A DNA stretch of 64,000 nt, from contig CAVSCK010000004.1 in assembly GCA_963726455.1 (NCBI GenBank), forward strand, positions 1,312,001 to 1,376,000, in the 5' to 3' direction. The translations under genes and the position numbers were made by a program. The notes beneath the pieces were generated by a model. It was not told where the DNA came from and searched no databases. It saw only the letters and a program-made list of their open reading frames with translations. Below, piece after piece: positions 40,857 to 49,443 of the stretch. This DNA comes from an uncultured bacterium. Lineage in GTDB: Bacteria; Zixibacteria; MSB-5A5; CAIYYT01. Within the stretch, counting starts at the first letter, position 1, and each line of letters starts with the position of its first letter.

Positions 40857-41720
40857 ATGTCGAAGACCAAAGTCGTTCTGATGATGACAGCCCTGATAGC
40901 GGCTATCATAGTTGAGTTGCCACAGCCGGCAGGGGCGCAAATTAGCTGGCTGCGACCGGAAAAAGACAAGACGGTCACGCTGCAAATGCTCCACGTCGCC
41001 TTGAACGGGGATTCATACATTGCGTTTCCGTCGTCATTGCTGTTCTTGTCCGGCCGATTCCCGATGGGCGAGAACCTGCACTTCGTAGCCGAATTCCCAA
41101 TGTCATACGTCAACTACGATCATGACTATTTCGACTGGTACTCTCAACGCAAAATCAGTTCACAGACTCTACTGGGAAACCCTTATCTCGGGGTAGAGAC
41201 AAGTAAGCCGGGATCGACTGCTATTTTCAAACTCGGAGGCCGAATCCCGATCGCGTCGAAGGAAAAAGATGACGCTGCCGCTTTGGGAGTATTAGGCGCA
41301 TTCGATCGCGCTGAAGGATTTGGTCCGGATATTTTCTCCGCGACAATGCAAGCCGGTTACCGATATGACAGTGAATCCGGATACACTCTGAAAGGTCTGA
41401 TCGGCCCGACACTTCTGGTAAGTACCGCGTCCGGGCAAGATCACTCATCCGAGGTATGGGCTGATTATCAGGGAGAAGTCAGATTGCACGGAAGCCGGCT
41501 CACTGCCGGCATAGGACTGACTGGACGATATCTGCTGTCCGCCGAGCATGTCGGTGATATGACATTCGGAGAACGCATTGTCAACCAGGTCGGATTCGCA
41601 ATGACGGTCGACGCCGGGCGGATCGAACCGGGAGTTCACGTCCAGGTGCCGCTTGATGAAGATTTGAATGACGCGGTGCAAGTAGTTTACGGACTGGTTC
41701 TGACAGTCAAATTGGATTGA
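40857..41720 (+). CDS. Exported hypothetical protein, probable outer-membrane beta-barrel
   Basis: RBS GAGGA; signal peptide; alternating amphipathic strands; LGNPYLG; terminal strand YGLVLTVKLD. Confidence 0.6.
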   Translation: MSKTKVVLMMTALIAAIIVELPQPAGAQISWLRPEKDKTVTLQMLHVALNGDSYIAFPSSLLFLSGRFPMGENLHFVAEFPMSYVNYDHDYFDWYSQRKISSQTLLGNPYLGVETSKPGSTAIFKLGGRIPIASKEKDDAAALGVLGAFDRAEGFGPDIFSATMQAGYRYDSESGYTLKGLIGPTLLVSTASGQDHSSEVWADYQGEVRLHGSRLTAGIGLTGRYLLSAEHVGDMTFGERIVNQVGFAMTVDAGRIEPGVHVQVPLDEDLNDAVQVVYGLVLTVKLD

Positions 41721-41755
41721 CCTTTGAACTGAGGACGGAGGATTTCCGAGCCGTC

Positions 41756-41785
41756 GGAGGGGCTTATGCAGACACACAGAATCAA
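41756..41785 (+). repeat. 30-nt exact direct repeat (RBS plus first codons), copy 1
   Basis: ggaggggcttatgcagacacacagaatcaa, identical to 42570-42599. Confidence 0.95.
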
Positions 41786-42491
41786 GATTACAGTGATCGC
41801 GGCGTTCGTGGGATTGTTGCTTCTGGTATGCGGCTGCACAATGGTCGGACTGGCGGCTGGATCGCTGGTAGATGAACACAAACCGAAGCAGAACATACTA
41901 AAAGCCAGTCAATTCCTCGATCTCAAGATCGGTACCCGACTTAGTGTCACATTGAATGACGGCACAACAACTTCCGGAAAGCTCGCGGGACTTACACCTG
42001 CCGAGCACACGCGTTTTCTCGATTCTTATTCACAGGCCCGGTTACACGGTGAAGGGGCGATCTATCTGCCTGCAATCAATGATACCTGTTTTGTGCTGCC
42101 CCAGAAGGGCGTTTGGACGTGCTGTGAATTTGTGGATGTCTCTTATGGCGTCGTCACCGACAGGTGGCGCTTTTGCTTTACCGTGAGACTGCCGGATTCC
42201 AACCTGACGCGGAACTATTGTCTTGATGAAATCGTGGCAATCAAGAACTCAGATGGAGGGTTTGTCACCAGCGAACTCCTAAATAGACTGATCACGGATT
42301 CCGACTACTTAGTGCCATTAGCTGCGGTTGAAATCATTAATGACTTCGGCAGACAGCTAATCCCAATCGAGAATATTGCCTCCGTCGCCGTTCCGAATCA
42401 CAGACATGGACAGCTAATCGGCGGGCTGATCGGCGGTATTCTGGATGCCGCATTGATATCATTAGCTATCGGAATATCGGCATCCATGTAG
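41766..42491 (+). CDS. Hypothetical lipoprotein with Gly-rich hydrophobic helices at both ends
   Basis: Lipobox VCGC; VGLAAGSLVD; C-terminal GQLIGGLIGGILDAALISLAIG. Confidence 0.7.
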   Translation: MQTHRIKITVIAAFVGLLLLVCGCTMVGLAAGSLVDEHKPKQNILKASQFLDLKIGTRLSVTLNDGTTTSGKLAGLTPAEHTRFLDSYSQARLHGEGAIYLPAINDTCFVLPQKGVWTCCEFVDVSYGVVTDRWRFCFTVRLPDSNLTRNYCLDEIVAIKNSDGGFVTSELLNRLITDSDYLVPLAAVEIINDFGRQLIPIENIASVAVPNHRHGQLIGGLIGGILDAALISLAIGISASM

Positions 42492-42569
42492 GAAGTAGGG
42501 CTGAACCTTGATCGCGAGGTACCGGTCGGTCAGTAAGAATGAAGAAAGAAGAGAAGTGTTGAACCCAAT

Positions 42570-42599
42570 GGAGGGGCTTATGCAGACACACAGAATCAA
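42570..42599 (+). repeat. 30-nt exact direct repeat, copy 2
   Basis: Identical to 41756-41785. Confidence 0.95.
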
Positions 42600-44502
42600 A
42601 GTTACGATGATCGCCGCGTCCCTGGGACTGTTGCTCTTGCAGTGCGGTTGCTCTTTGATCGGATTGGGTATTGGTTCCCTTGTCGATTCCGGGAAACCCA
42701 AGGAGAAATCGGTCGAGATCTGGCAACTAGTCAATGTTAAGCGGGGAACACAGGTCAGGATCGTCACCAACGGCGGCCAGGTAGTATCCGGAGAATTTTG
42801 CGGCGCCACTCTTATGACCCGCGATGCATTTCGCGACGCCTACATACAGGCCCGCCGTGATAATCCGGATTGCCGCGATCTGCCCGCCATCGGCGACACG
42901 GTCGCCTTGTTCGGACGTGGCGGCATGAAGGTCGAGGGTGAATTGGTGGGAGCAGAATTGTCATCGCATGAAGAGGGATGGGACTATTTCGTGCAGGTGC
43001 GCCAACTCCGTGATGATGAGACGCGCTTCTGCAATCTTTCGGATGTCGTCGAGATTCGCAAACCGTCCGGCGACAGAATGACCGCGACCCGTTTTCAGGA
43101 GTTGATTTCATTATTCGGCTCCAAGACCCTGTCGGCAGTCACGCTGTGCGAGGCGGGAGTGCCACACGAGCTTGCGCTGGACACAGTGAGTTTCGTGAAT
43201 GTACCGACCAAGCGGAGCGCAGCAACAACCGGCTTTCTTATCGGCGCGGTGGTAGACGCCACTATTATCGTCATCGCCGTGGCTGCATCACAGCATGATG
43301 ATCCGCCACCGTCGCCACCGAGTTCGGATTCGACCATTACGGGGTGTCCATTCTTCTATAGTTACGACGGCAGCGGGTATACTTTGGATGCCGAGCCATT
43401 GGGGGCGGTCGTCTGCCAAGCCATGCAGAAGAGTGATCTCGTTTTGCTTCAGCATCTTCAGGAATCGGAAGGCCAGTACCGCATACGTGTCACCAGCGAG
43501 TTGGCGGAAACTGAAGTGCTGGATGAAGTCAGACTGCTTGCAGTCGACTGTCCCGATTCCATTGAGGTCATACCTTCGTCCAACGGCAGCTTGCACACTT
43601 TCACTTCGTCGAATTATCCAATTCGCGCATACAATTATTGCGGCGCCGATATTCTCCGACAGGTGAAGGCCAGGGATGACGAATGCTGGATCAGCAATCC
43701 ATTTGGCAGAGATCCACACGCAGCCGATCAACTTCGGGATGGCGTCGAACTGGAATTTACCAAACCGGCATCCGCCAAGAGAGTGAAGCTTGCGGTTTGT
43801 TCTCAGAATACCAAGTGGGGCGCGGAAAAGCTGAATGGGGTGATCAAGCTGCTGGGGTCGGAAGCTGACAACTGGTACACCCAGTTGGCTGCCTCTCCAT
43901 TGGCCAAGACAGCGCTGGAACAGGCAATGATTCGTGAAGGTATGCTCACGATCAAGTTGTGGAATGGTGTCTCGTGGACCGACGCCGGATTCATCTGGGC
44001 GGTTGGACCGAGACTCGAGAAGACTGAGTCAGTCGAATTGGACATCAGCAAAATTCAGGGCGAACGGCTCAAAATTCGTCTCGAATCCACCGCCGGATTC
44101 TGGATGATCAATAATGTGATGGTTGATTATTCCGCTGATCGGCAATTACAGGTCACCGAGCTGTCGGCTGTCGCCGCAACCGACTATCAGGGTCATGATC
44201 TGCAAACTTTGCTCGCCAAAAGCGACAACAAATATTATGTCATGCCGACGAATGCAGATCGCGCCGATATCGTTTTCGATGCGCCGCCGCTTGAGCCGGG
44301 AATGACGCGCACACTGATTCTGAAATGTTCCGGGTATTACAACATTCATATTCCCGCCAACAGCGAACCACACCTGACGTTAATGGCGCAGCTAATCAGC
44401 CAGCCGGGCGCTTTCGGCCACTGGGCGCTGGACGCACTGGAACGGGAAGTACCTGAGATGTTTATGGTTAACAAGAAAATGTTGGCTCGATCGTCGGATT
44501 GA
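42580..44502 (+). CDS. Paralog of the 41766 protein fused to a ~390-aa domain starting GCPFFYSYDG
   Basis: Same MQTHRIK leader, QCGC lipobox, IGLGIGSLVD, LPAIGDT and GFLIGAVVD; Pro/Ser linker, then the extra domain. Confidence 0.7.
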   Translation: MQTHRIKVTMIAASLGLLLLQCGCSLIGLGIGSLVDSGKPKEKSVEIWQLVNVKRGTQVRIVTNGGQVVSGEFCGATLMTRDAFRDAYIQARRDNPDCRDLPAIGDTVALFGRGGMKVEGELVGAELSSHEEGWDYFVQVRQLRDDETRFCNLSDVVEIRKPSGDRMTATRFQELISLFGSKTLSAVTLCEAGVPHELALDTVSFVNVPTKRSAATTGFLIGAVVDATIIVIAVAASQHDDPPPSPPSSDSTITGCPFFYSYDGSGYTLDAEPLGAVVCQAMQKSDLVLLQHLQESEGQYRIRVTSELAETEVLDEVRLLAVDCPDSIEVIPSSNGSLHTFTSSNYPIRAYNYCGADILRQVKARDDECWISNPFGRDPHAADQLRDGVELEFTKPASAKRVKLAVCSQNTKWGAEKLNGVIKLLGSEADNWYTQLAASPLAKTALEQAMIREGMLTIKLWNGVSWTDAGFIWAVGPRLEKTESVELDISKIQGERLKIRLESTAGFWMINNVMVDYSADRQLQVTELSAVAATDYQGHDLQTLLAKSDNKYYVMPTNADRADIVFDAPPLEPGMTRTLILKCSGYYNIHIPANSEPHLTLMAQLISQPGAFGHWALDALEREVPEMFMVNKKMLARSSD

Positions 44503-44632
44503 AACGCCTTTCGACAAAGGATAAGTACTGATCGATCCCATAAGTAGAGGGCAGTGTTGACGGGCTTCCGGGCGATACTGGTTGCCGGTCCGGCGAACCG
44601 TCGTAACAGACTGCCTTGAAAGGCAAGGTCTT

Positions 44633-45457
44633 ATGGGATCAAATCAGAACGACTTCCCTAATTACAAGACGAACAATCCAATCGCGCGAAAGCCATTAGC
44701 TTATCGCTGCCTGGCGTTGACCGGCTCGTTTGAAACCGGTCTCTCGATTCCCTATTGTTTCAGCGCCATCGCCGGGAACTTTGACGGCAAGGGCCTGAGC
44801 TTCGGCGTCCTGCAGTGGAATTTCGGTCAGGGCACACTGCAACCCCTGTTGGCCGAAATGCTGCTCGCCGATCCCGGCGCCATGAAATCCATCTTCGGCG
44901 AACGACTCAATCACCTTCAACAGGCGCTCAATTCCTCGCAAAAAGCAACGCTCGAATTTGCGCACGGCATCCAGCATCCGATCAAACATTTCATTTTCGA
45001 ACCCTGGCACAGCATGTTCACAAAACTGGGTGAATCGGAACAATTCCGTACCATCCAAATGAACTCCGTCGCTCCACGCTTTAAAAGTGCGGTCCAGCTT
45101 TGTGCAACTTTTAATCTCAAATCCGAACGCGCTGTTGCCTTGATGTTCGATATTCAGGTGCAAAACGGCGGCATCCCTGCCCGCTTGCGACGGCTAATAC
45201 GACAGCACATCGCCTTCCTCCCCGCCTCCCTCGGCGGTCTCGACCACGAAGTTCAGAATCTGCGCGTGATTGCCAATATCCGCGCTGCTGGCTGTCGTCC
45301 GCGCTGGGTCGCTGATGTCCTCGCCCGCAAACTTTGCTGCGCCGAAGGCAATGGAGTGGTCCACGGAATCAGCTACGATCTTGAAACCGATTTTGGAATC
45401 GGACTCAGGCCCTTTGATTTTCGCCGTGTCTGCAATGACGAGAAAAAGTGTACCTAA
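44633..45457 (+). CDS. Putative lysozyme-like (peptidoglycan hydrolase) domain protein
   Basis: TGSFET...NFDGKGLSFGVLQWNFGQG and ERAVALMFDIQVQNG resemble lysozyme-superfamily domains usually fused to PG-binding modules. Confidence 0.5.
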   Translation: MGSNQNDFPNYKTNNPIARKPLAYRCLALTGSFETGLSIPYCFSAIAGNFDGKGLSFGVLQWNFGQGTLQPLLAEMLLADPGAMKSIFGERLNHLQQALNSSQKATLEFAHGIQHPIKHFIFEPWHSMFTKLGESEQFRTIQMNSVAPRFKSAVQLCATFNLKSERAVALMFDIQVQNGGIPARLRRLIRQHIAFLPASLGGLDHEVQNLRVIANIRAAGCRPRWVADVLARKLCCAEGNGVVHGISYDLETDFGIGLRPFDFRRVCNDEKKCT

Positions 45458-45497
45458 AAAAGTGAGACCCTTTCCTCTGGGAGAGGATGAGGGTCTC
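45456..45497 (-). terminator. Intrinsic terminator (minus strand)
   Basis: GAGACCCT-ca-TCCTCT-ccc-AGAGGA-a-AGGGTCTC followed by acTTTTTT. Confidence 0.7.
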
Positions 45498-45545
45498 GTG
45501 CACCGATGTAGAATGACAGGACGAATCGCTTCGTCGAATTGTTTA
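45456..45545 (-). ncRNA. Candidate small RNA B (5' end uncertain)
   Basis: GACGAA-GCGA-TTCGTC GNRA hairpin (45520-45535) followed by the terminator; AT-rich upstream region containing TTGACG; no credible ORF. Confidence 0.35.
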
Positions 45546-45710
45546 ACACATAAATCAAAGAATTTGTTTCTGATTTTTTCGTCAATGGGGACACATTTTT
45601 TAGGCAATATTTTCAGGGAAAAAATCCGCATCGGAAATGCGGAATGATGGACACCTTTTGACCACCTTAGAGCCTGTTTTTCATGACACAACGATGACAT
45701 TCGCGACAAA

Positions 45711-45744
45711 TAAAAAGGAGCTCCTCCCTCACAAAGGAGCTCCT
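45711..45744 (-). terminator. Intrinsic terminator (minus strand)
   Basis: AGGAGCTCCT-ttgtgaggg-AGGAGCTCCT followed by TTTTA; each arm is itself palindromic. Confidence 0.7.
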
Positions 45745-45805
45745 CAATCCCCTCCCCTACAGTACCCTTCACCGCCATTCTGTTTCCAAGAGTAACTGAC
45801 TTCAG
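45711..45805 (-). ncRNA. Candidate sigma54-dependent small RNA A (~95 nt)
   Basis: Bounded by a sigma54 promoter (predicted +1 near 45805) and an intrinsic terminator; no complete ORF inside. Confidence 0.55.
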
Positions 45806-45816
45806 CTACAGTATAA

Positions 45817-45830
45817 GCAGAAGCCGTGCC
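45817..45830 (-). promoter_or_regulatory. sigma54 (-24/-12) promoter
   Basis: Minus strand GGCACGGCTTCTGCt, i.e. GG-N10-GC. Confidence 0.7.
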
Positions 45831-45857
45831 CAAATCCGATCTGAACACGGTGATTTG

Positions 45858-45870
45858 CAATAAGTTGATT
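45858..45870 (-). promoter_or_regulatory. IHF binding site
   Basis: Minus strand AATCAACTTATTG matches WATCAANNNNTTR. A near-match TTTCAACAACTTA lies immediately adjacent on the plus strand. About 30-40 nt upstream of the -24 box. Confidence 0.6.
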
Positions 45871-46085
45871 TTCAACAACTTACGTGGAAGATGAAGATTT
45901 CTGTGGAACACGGTCGAGTGGCCGCCGCAGAATGTGCCGGGGAAAAACGATCTCGGCGACCTCCGCTAGTCACTCAATATATTGTGAAACAACAGGTTAC
46001 AAGAGCGCAGGTTTTGCGTTTATGTAGAGTATTAAAGGCGAGACAAACTTTGACTGCTAATTCGTCCAATCCGATGGCCAAATCC

Positions 46086-47492
46086 CTATTTGGACGCCTT
46101 CTTTGGAACATGAACCGACAGGCCGTGGACATCGTGAACGGCCTCCATAATGGCCTCAGACAGCACAGGATGCGCGTGAATCATGTTACCCAGATCTGAT
46201 GCGGTCATTTTCTGACGGATCGCCAGGCCTAGTTCATGGATGATATCGGTCGCATGTGCTCCAACAATATGTGCGCCCAGGATCAGGTCGGTCTTCTTGT
46301 CGGCAATGATCTTGACACCGCCGGCGATGTCGCCCTCGGCTTTGGATTTGCCGAGAGTCCGGAAGGGATAGTTGCCGATGCTGAGTTCGTAGCCCAGCTC
46401 CTCGGCCTTTTGCTGGGTCAGCCCGACCGAACCAACCTCGGGATCGGTGAAGATCGTAAAGGGCACGCCTGCATAATCTGCGACTGTCGCTTGACCAAGA
46501 GCGTTGGCGACTGCTACAGTGCCCTCGTAGGACGCTGTATAGGCCAACAGGTAGACGCCAGCGACGTCGCCGATGGCATAGACGCCCGGTACTGAAGTTT
46601 CCATCTTGTCGTTGACTTTGATCGAGCCATTCCGGTTCAGCTCACAGCCGACGGCCTCGAGGTTGATGTCGTCGGTGTTGAATGATCTTCCGACGGATAC
46701 CAGCACCTTCTCGGTGGTTATGGCTTTGCCCGATTCGAGATTGCAGGTTGCGCCTCCGGTACTCTGGGTGACAGAAGACACCTTTTCGCCGAGATAGAAT
46801 TCGACGCCTTTCTTCTTCATTTCACGTTCCATGGTTTTGGAGGTGTCGATGTCTTCCATCGGCAACAGATGCGGCAGCATCTCGACGATCGTCACTTTCG
46901 TACCGAATTCGGCAAGCAGACTGGCGAATTCGCAGCCGATGACGCCGCCGCCGATGATCGTGATCGACTGCGGAATTGACTTGGGGTAGATCATTTCGTC
47001 GGATGAAATGATCGTGTCGCCGTTGAACGGGAATGCCTTCATGTTCATCGGACGCGAGCCGGTCGCGATGATGATTTTGTCGGCCTCGACCTGAACAATT
47101 CCGCCATCGGCTTTCTCGACGGAGATGTGATTCTTGTCGTCGAAGGTGCCGAAGCCATTGTAGGTCTGTACGCCGTAGGATTTGAACAGAAATCCGACGC
47201 CTGAGACCAGTTCGTTGACGATTTTGTTTTTGCGGTTGACCATCGCCTCGATGTTGATTGAGGCGCCGCCGTTCAAGTTGATCCCGAACTCGGAGGCTTC
47301 CTTAATCTTCTTATAGAGATGCGCGGTGGCGATGAAGGTCTTGGTCGGAATGCAACCCCAGTTGAGGCAGATACCGCCCAGTTTGTCTTCCTCGATGCAG
47401 CAAACCTTGGCGCCCAATTGTGCCGCCCTGATTGCCGCCACATAGCCGCCCGGTCCACCGCCTAAAACTGCTATATCAAATTTATCCGGCAT
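46086..47492 (-). CDS. lpdA: Dihydrolipoyl dehydrogenase
   Basis: GGGPGGY, GGICLNWGCIPTK, GGGVIGCE, HAHPVLSE. Confidence 0.97.
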   Translation of the reverse strand: MPDKFDIAVLGGGPGGYVAAIRAAQLGAKVCCIEEDKLGGICLNWGCIPTKTFIATAHLYKKIKEASEFGINLNGGASINIEAMVNRKNKIVNELVSGVGFLFKSYGVQTYNGFGTFDDKNHISVEKADGGIVQVEADKIIIATGSRPMNMKAFPFNGDTIISSDEMIYPKSIPQSITIIGGGVIGCEFASLLAEFGTKVTIVEMLPHLLPMEDIDTSKTMEREMKKKGVEFYLGEKVSSVTQSTGGATCNLESGKAITTEKVLVSVGRSFNTDDINLEAVGCELNRNGSIKVNDKMETSVPGVYAIGDVAGVYLLAYTASYEGTVAVANALGQATVADYAGVPFTIFTDPEVGSVGLTQQKAEELGYELSIGNYPFRTLGKSKAEGDIAGGVKIIADKKTDLILGAHIVGAHATDIIHELGLAIRQKMTASDLGNMIHAHPVLSEAIMEAVHDVHGLSVHVPKKASK

Positions 47493-47696
47493 TATCGAAA
47501 CCCTCTTATTAGTCGTCCACTTTCAGGTACTACGAACGAACGGATAAGTTACGTGAAGCATTGGAAAAGTAAAGCGGAAATGGGGACACGACCGCCCGGG
47601 CGCAGTTCGGCCACGCCTCTCGGTACTGCAAATCGAGATTGCTTCGTCGTTCTCCGAGGAAGGGAACCCATGATGGACTTGTGTATGGTACCGGAT

Positions 47697-47759
47697 GTCG
47701 AAACCCCTTGGCGGCGTGCCTTTGAAGATGTTCATTTCTCCACTGGGGTTTCGACCTAC
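47697..47759 (-). repeat. REP-like palindromic element, copy 1
   Basis: gtcgaaacccc-N37-ggggtttcgac plus ctac; reads GTAG-GTCGAAACCCC on the minus strand. Confidence 0.7.
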
Positions 47760-48240
47760 CTCATTGTTTACATTCTGTTCTGTTTCAAGCTCTTTTCTTC
47801 CTTTCAAAAACGAGAAGCGTAGCGCTACGCAAAGCGTGTCACCAACGTTGTAACTCGGACGGGCAAACGTGGGCGCCCGAAAAGTTCACTCAGCGCTGAG
47901 TTGGCGGCAAGCCGAGGTCGCCGGTACGAGTTCGTTCGCACCATCCGACGTCGATGACAACGCCTCCTCTACTTATAGGCGCGATGCAGCTTTTTGGTGT
48001 TCCGCACTACAAAAGCCGTTCGATTGGCGCAGGTTCAAGTGGGAGTTTGCGTTAGCGGAGGTTGAGTATCGGAGGCAGAGTGAAGTCGGGCAACGTGGTG
48101 TTCGGAGTGTGGAAAAATATTTTGAAAAAAAGTTGCCGGCGGGAAAGGATTCCCGACGGCGCGGGGAAGTTGGCGATCGTGATTCCAGACTGTCTGCAAC
48201 CCGCTCATCGCCAAAATGCTCACGATCGTTTCGAGTGTTC

Positions 48241-49104
48241 CTAGCTTTCCGACTTCCCGAACGCCAAAGGATCAATTAGATCCTCGTGTCTACGAGCGAA
48301 AAGCCGACTGGCGTCGAGTTGCTTGAAGAGAGAGTACTTCTCTGCCAAGGGCTTGAATTTCTCCCTTCCCTTCTCACTCAAGCAGTCATAGAAGATTAGA
48401 ATTAGTTCGTCCAATGAAAGCCGTGATCTTATAAGATTAGTGTAAAACTTGCTGTTCTCGATCTCACTTTGATCAATGAACTTGATAATATTATAAAGTG
48501 TCCGGAAGTAGTAACCAAAATCCGACTCATACTTTAGGAAATTTCGCATGAACACCTTGTTTATCGTGTCCATTTCAGAGTCGCCCGAATTCATTGCGGC
48601 TCCTTTAAATTCAGATTTCAGCACCCTGTTCATTTCCTCAAAGGCGTCCCGGCCCACGAACCGAGCCTTAATTGCCTTGCTACGTTCTGTCATCGTCAAC
48701 CTGTCAAGGGTGTAATCATAGATCTTCAGAAGCTCGAAAAAGGAAGTCTCGAACCTCTGCTGCCTGAGGGTGATATTCTGAGCCTCTAACTGCTCTTTCT
48801 GTCCGCGTAGTTCGGCCCGCGTTTGCTCCAGTTCCTCTCGCTGCAATCTCAATTCGTCCGATTGTACTCTGAGCTGTTGACGCTGCAACCTTATCGATAT
48901 ATAGAAGGCGACAAACGCAAAAGCGGAGACCAGTACCGAAGCGACTGCGAAGAAGTCTCCAACAAGTGAATATGTCGGGACACTTCCAGTAGGAACACGA
49001 TTTACTATCCAGAGGACCGCAAAAATCGCAAATGCCCAGATTACCCCCACCACCCATAGAATCCGACTCAAACTAGCCACGTGTTCCTGCGATTCGTCTG
49101 ACAT
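48241..49104 (-). CDS. Putative phage abortive infection protein (AbiC-like)
   Basis: Two TM helices, a Q/E-rich coiled coil, then QQRFETSFFELL...YFRTLYNIIKFID...KFYTNLIRSRLS...KFKPLAEKYSLF. DNA is visibly AT-richer than the flanks. Confidence 0.75.
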   Translation of the reverse strand: MSDESQEHVASLSRILWVVGVIWAFAIFAVLWIVNRVPTGSVPTYSLVGDFFAVASVLVSAFAFVAFYISIRLQRQQLRVQSDELRLQREELEQTRAELRGQKEQLEAQNITLRQQRFETSFFELLKIYDYTLDRLTMTERSKAIKARFVGRDAFEEMNRVLKSEFKGAAMNSGDSEMDTINKVFMRNFLKYESDFGYYFRTLYNIIKFIDQSEIENSKFYTNLIRSRLSLDELILIFYDCLSEKGREKFKPLAEKYSLFKQLDASRLFARRHEDLIDPLAFGKSES

Positions 49105-49251
49105 TTTTTCTCCTATGACAAGACAAACCTATAATGACTCGTAAGAAACATCAACAATAAAATCGACTAGCAGGCGAAGTCGTTTCCTTTTTCGCACGTC
49201 CCACTTGGGCAACAGGCGCCGCACGTCGTAATCGTGCCGGAACTATCACAT

Positions 49252-49315
49252 GTCGAAACCCCTCGGCGGCGTGTCCTTGAGGATTTTCTTTTTTCTACTA
49301 GGGGTTTCGACTTAC
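49252..49315 (-). repeat. REP-like palindromic element, copy 2
   Basis: gtcgaaacccc-N38-ggggtttcgac plus ttac; the loop aligns with copy 1 in the same orientation. Confidence 0.7.
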
Positions 49316-49326
49316 TCAACTTTGGA

Positions 49327-49408
49327 TGCGTCGGTTCACAATTTTCGCGCTGGGGATCAATCGTGTCAGAGGTTTGCGAGGGACTGCGCGAAATCAGGAA
49401 CCGACGCA
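49327..49408. repeat. Long interrupted inverted repeat
   Basis: Outer arms tgcgtcggttc/gaaccgacgca; inner arms tttcgcgc/gcgcgaaa. Confidence 0.65.
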
Positions 49409-49443
49409 ACAGCGTCAGCATTACTTGTGGGGCACCCGCGCAC

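Noticed and set aside
45194-45778. 194-aa minus-strand ORF (MAVKGTVGEG...)
   Set aside because: It crosses two terminator hairpins, overlaps the 44633 gene antisense, and has a weak RBS and no recognisable motifs.
47634-47650. gagattgcttcgtcg fragment resembling a dispersed palindromic repeat
   Set aside because: Only one short arm and no second copy in the window.
47697-49408. Hairpins as integron attC sites
   Set aside because: No paired RYYYAAC/GTTRRRY ends, not placed directly after stop codons, and no integrase in the window.
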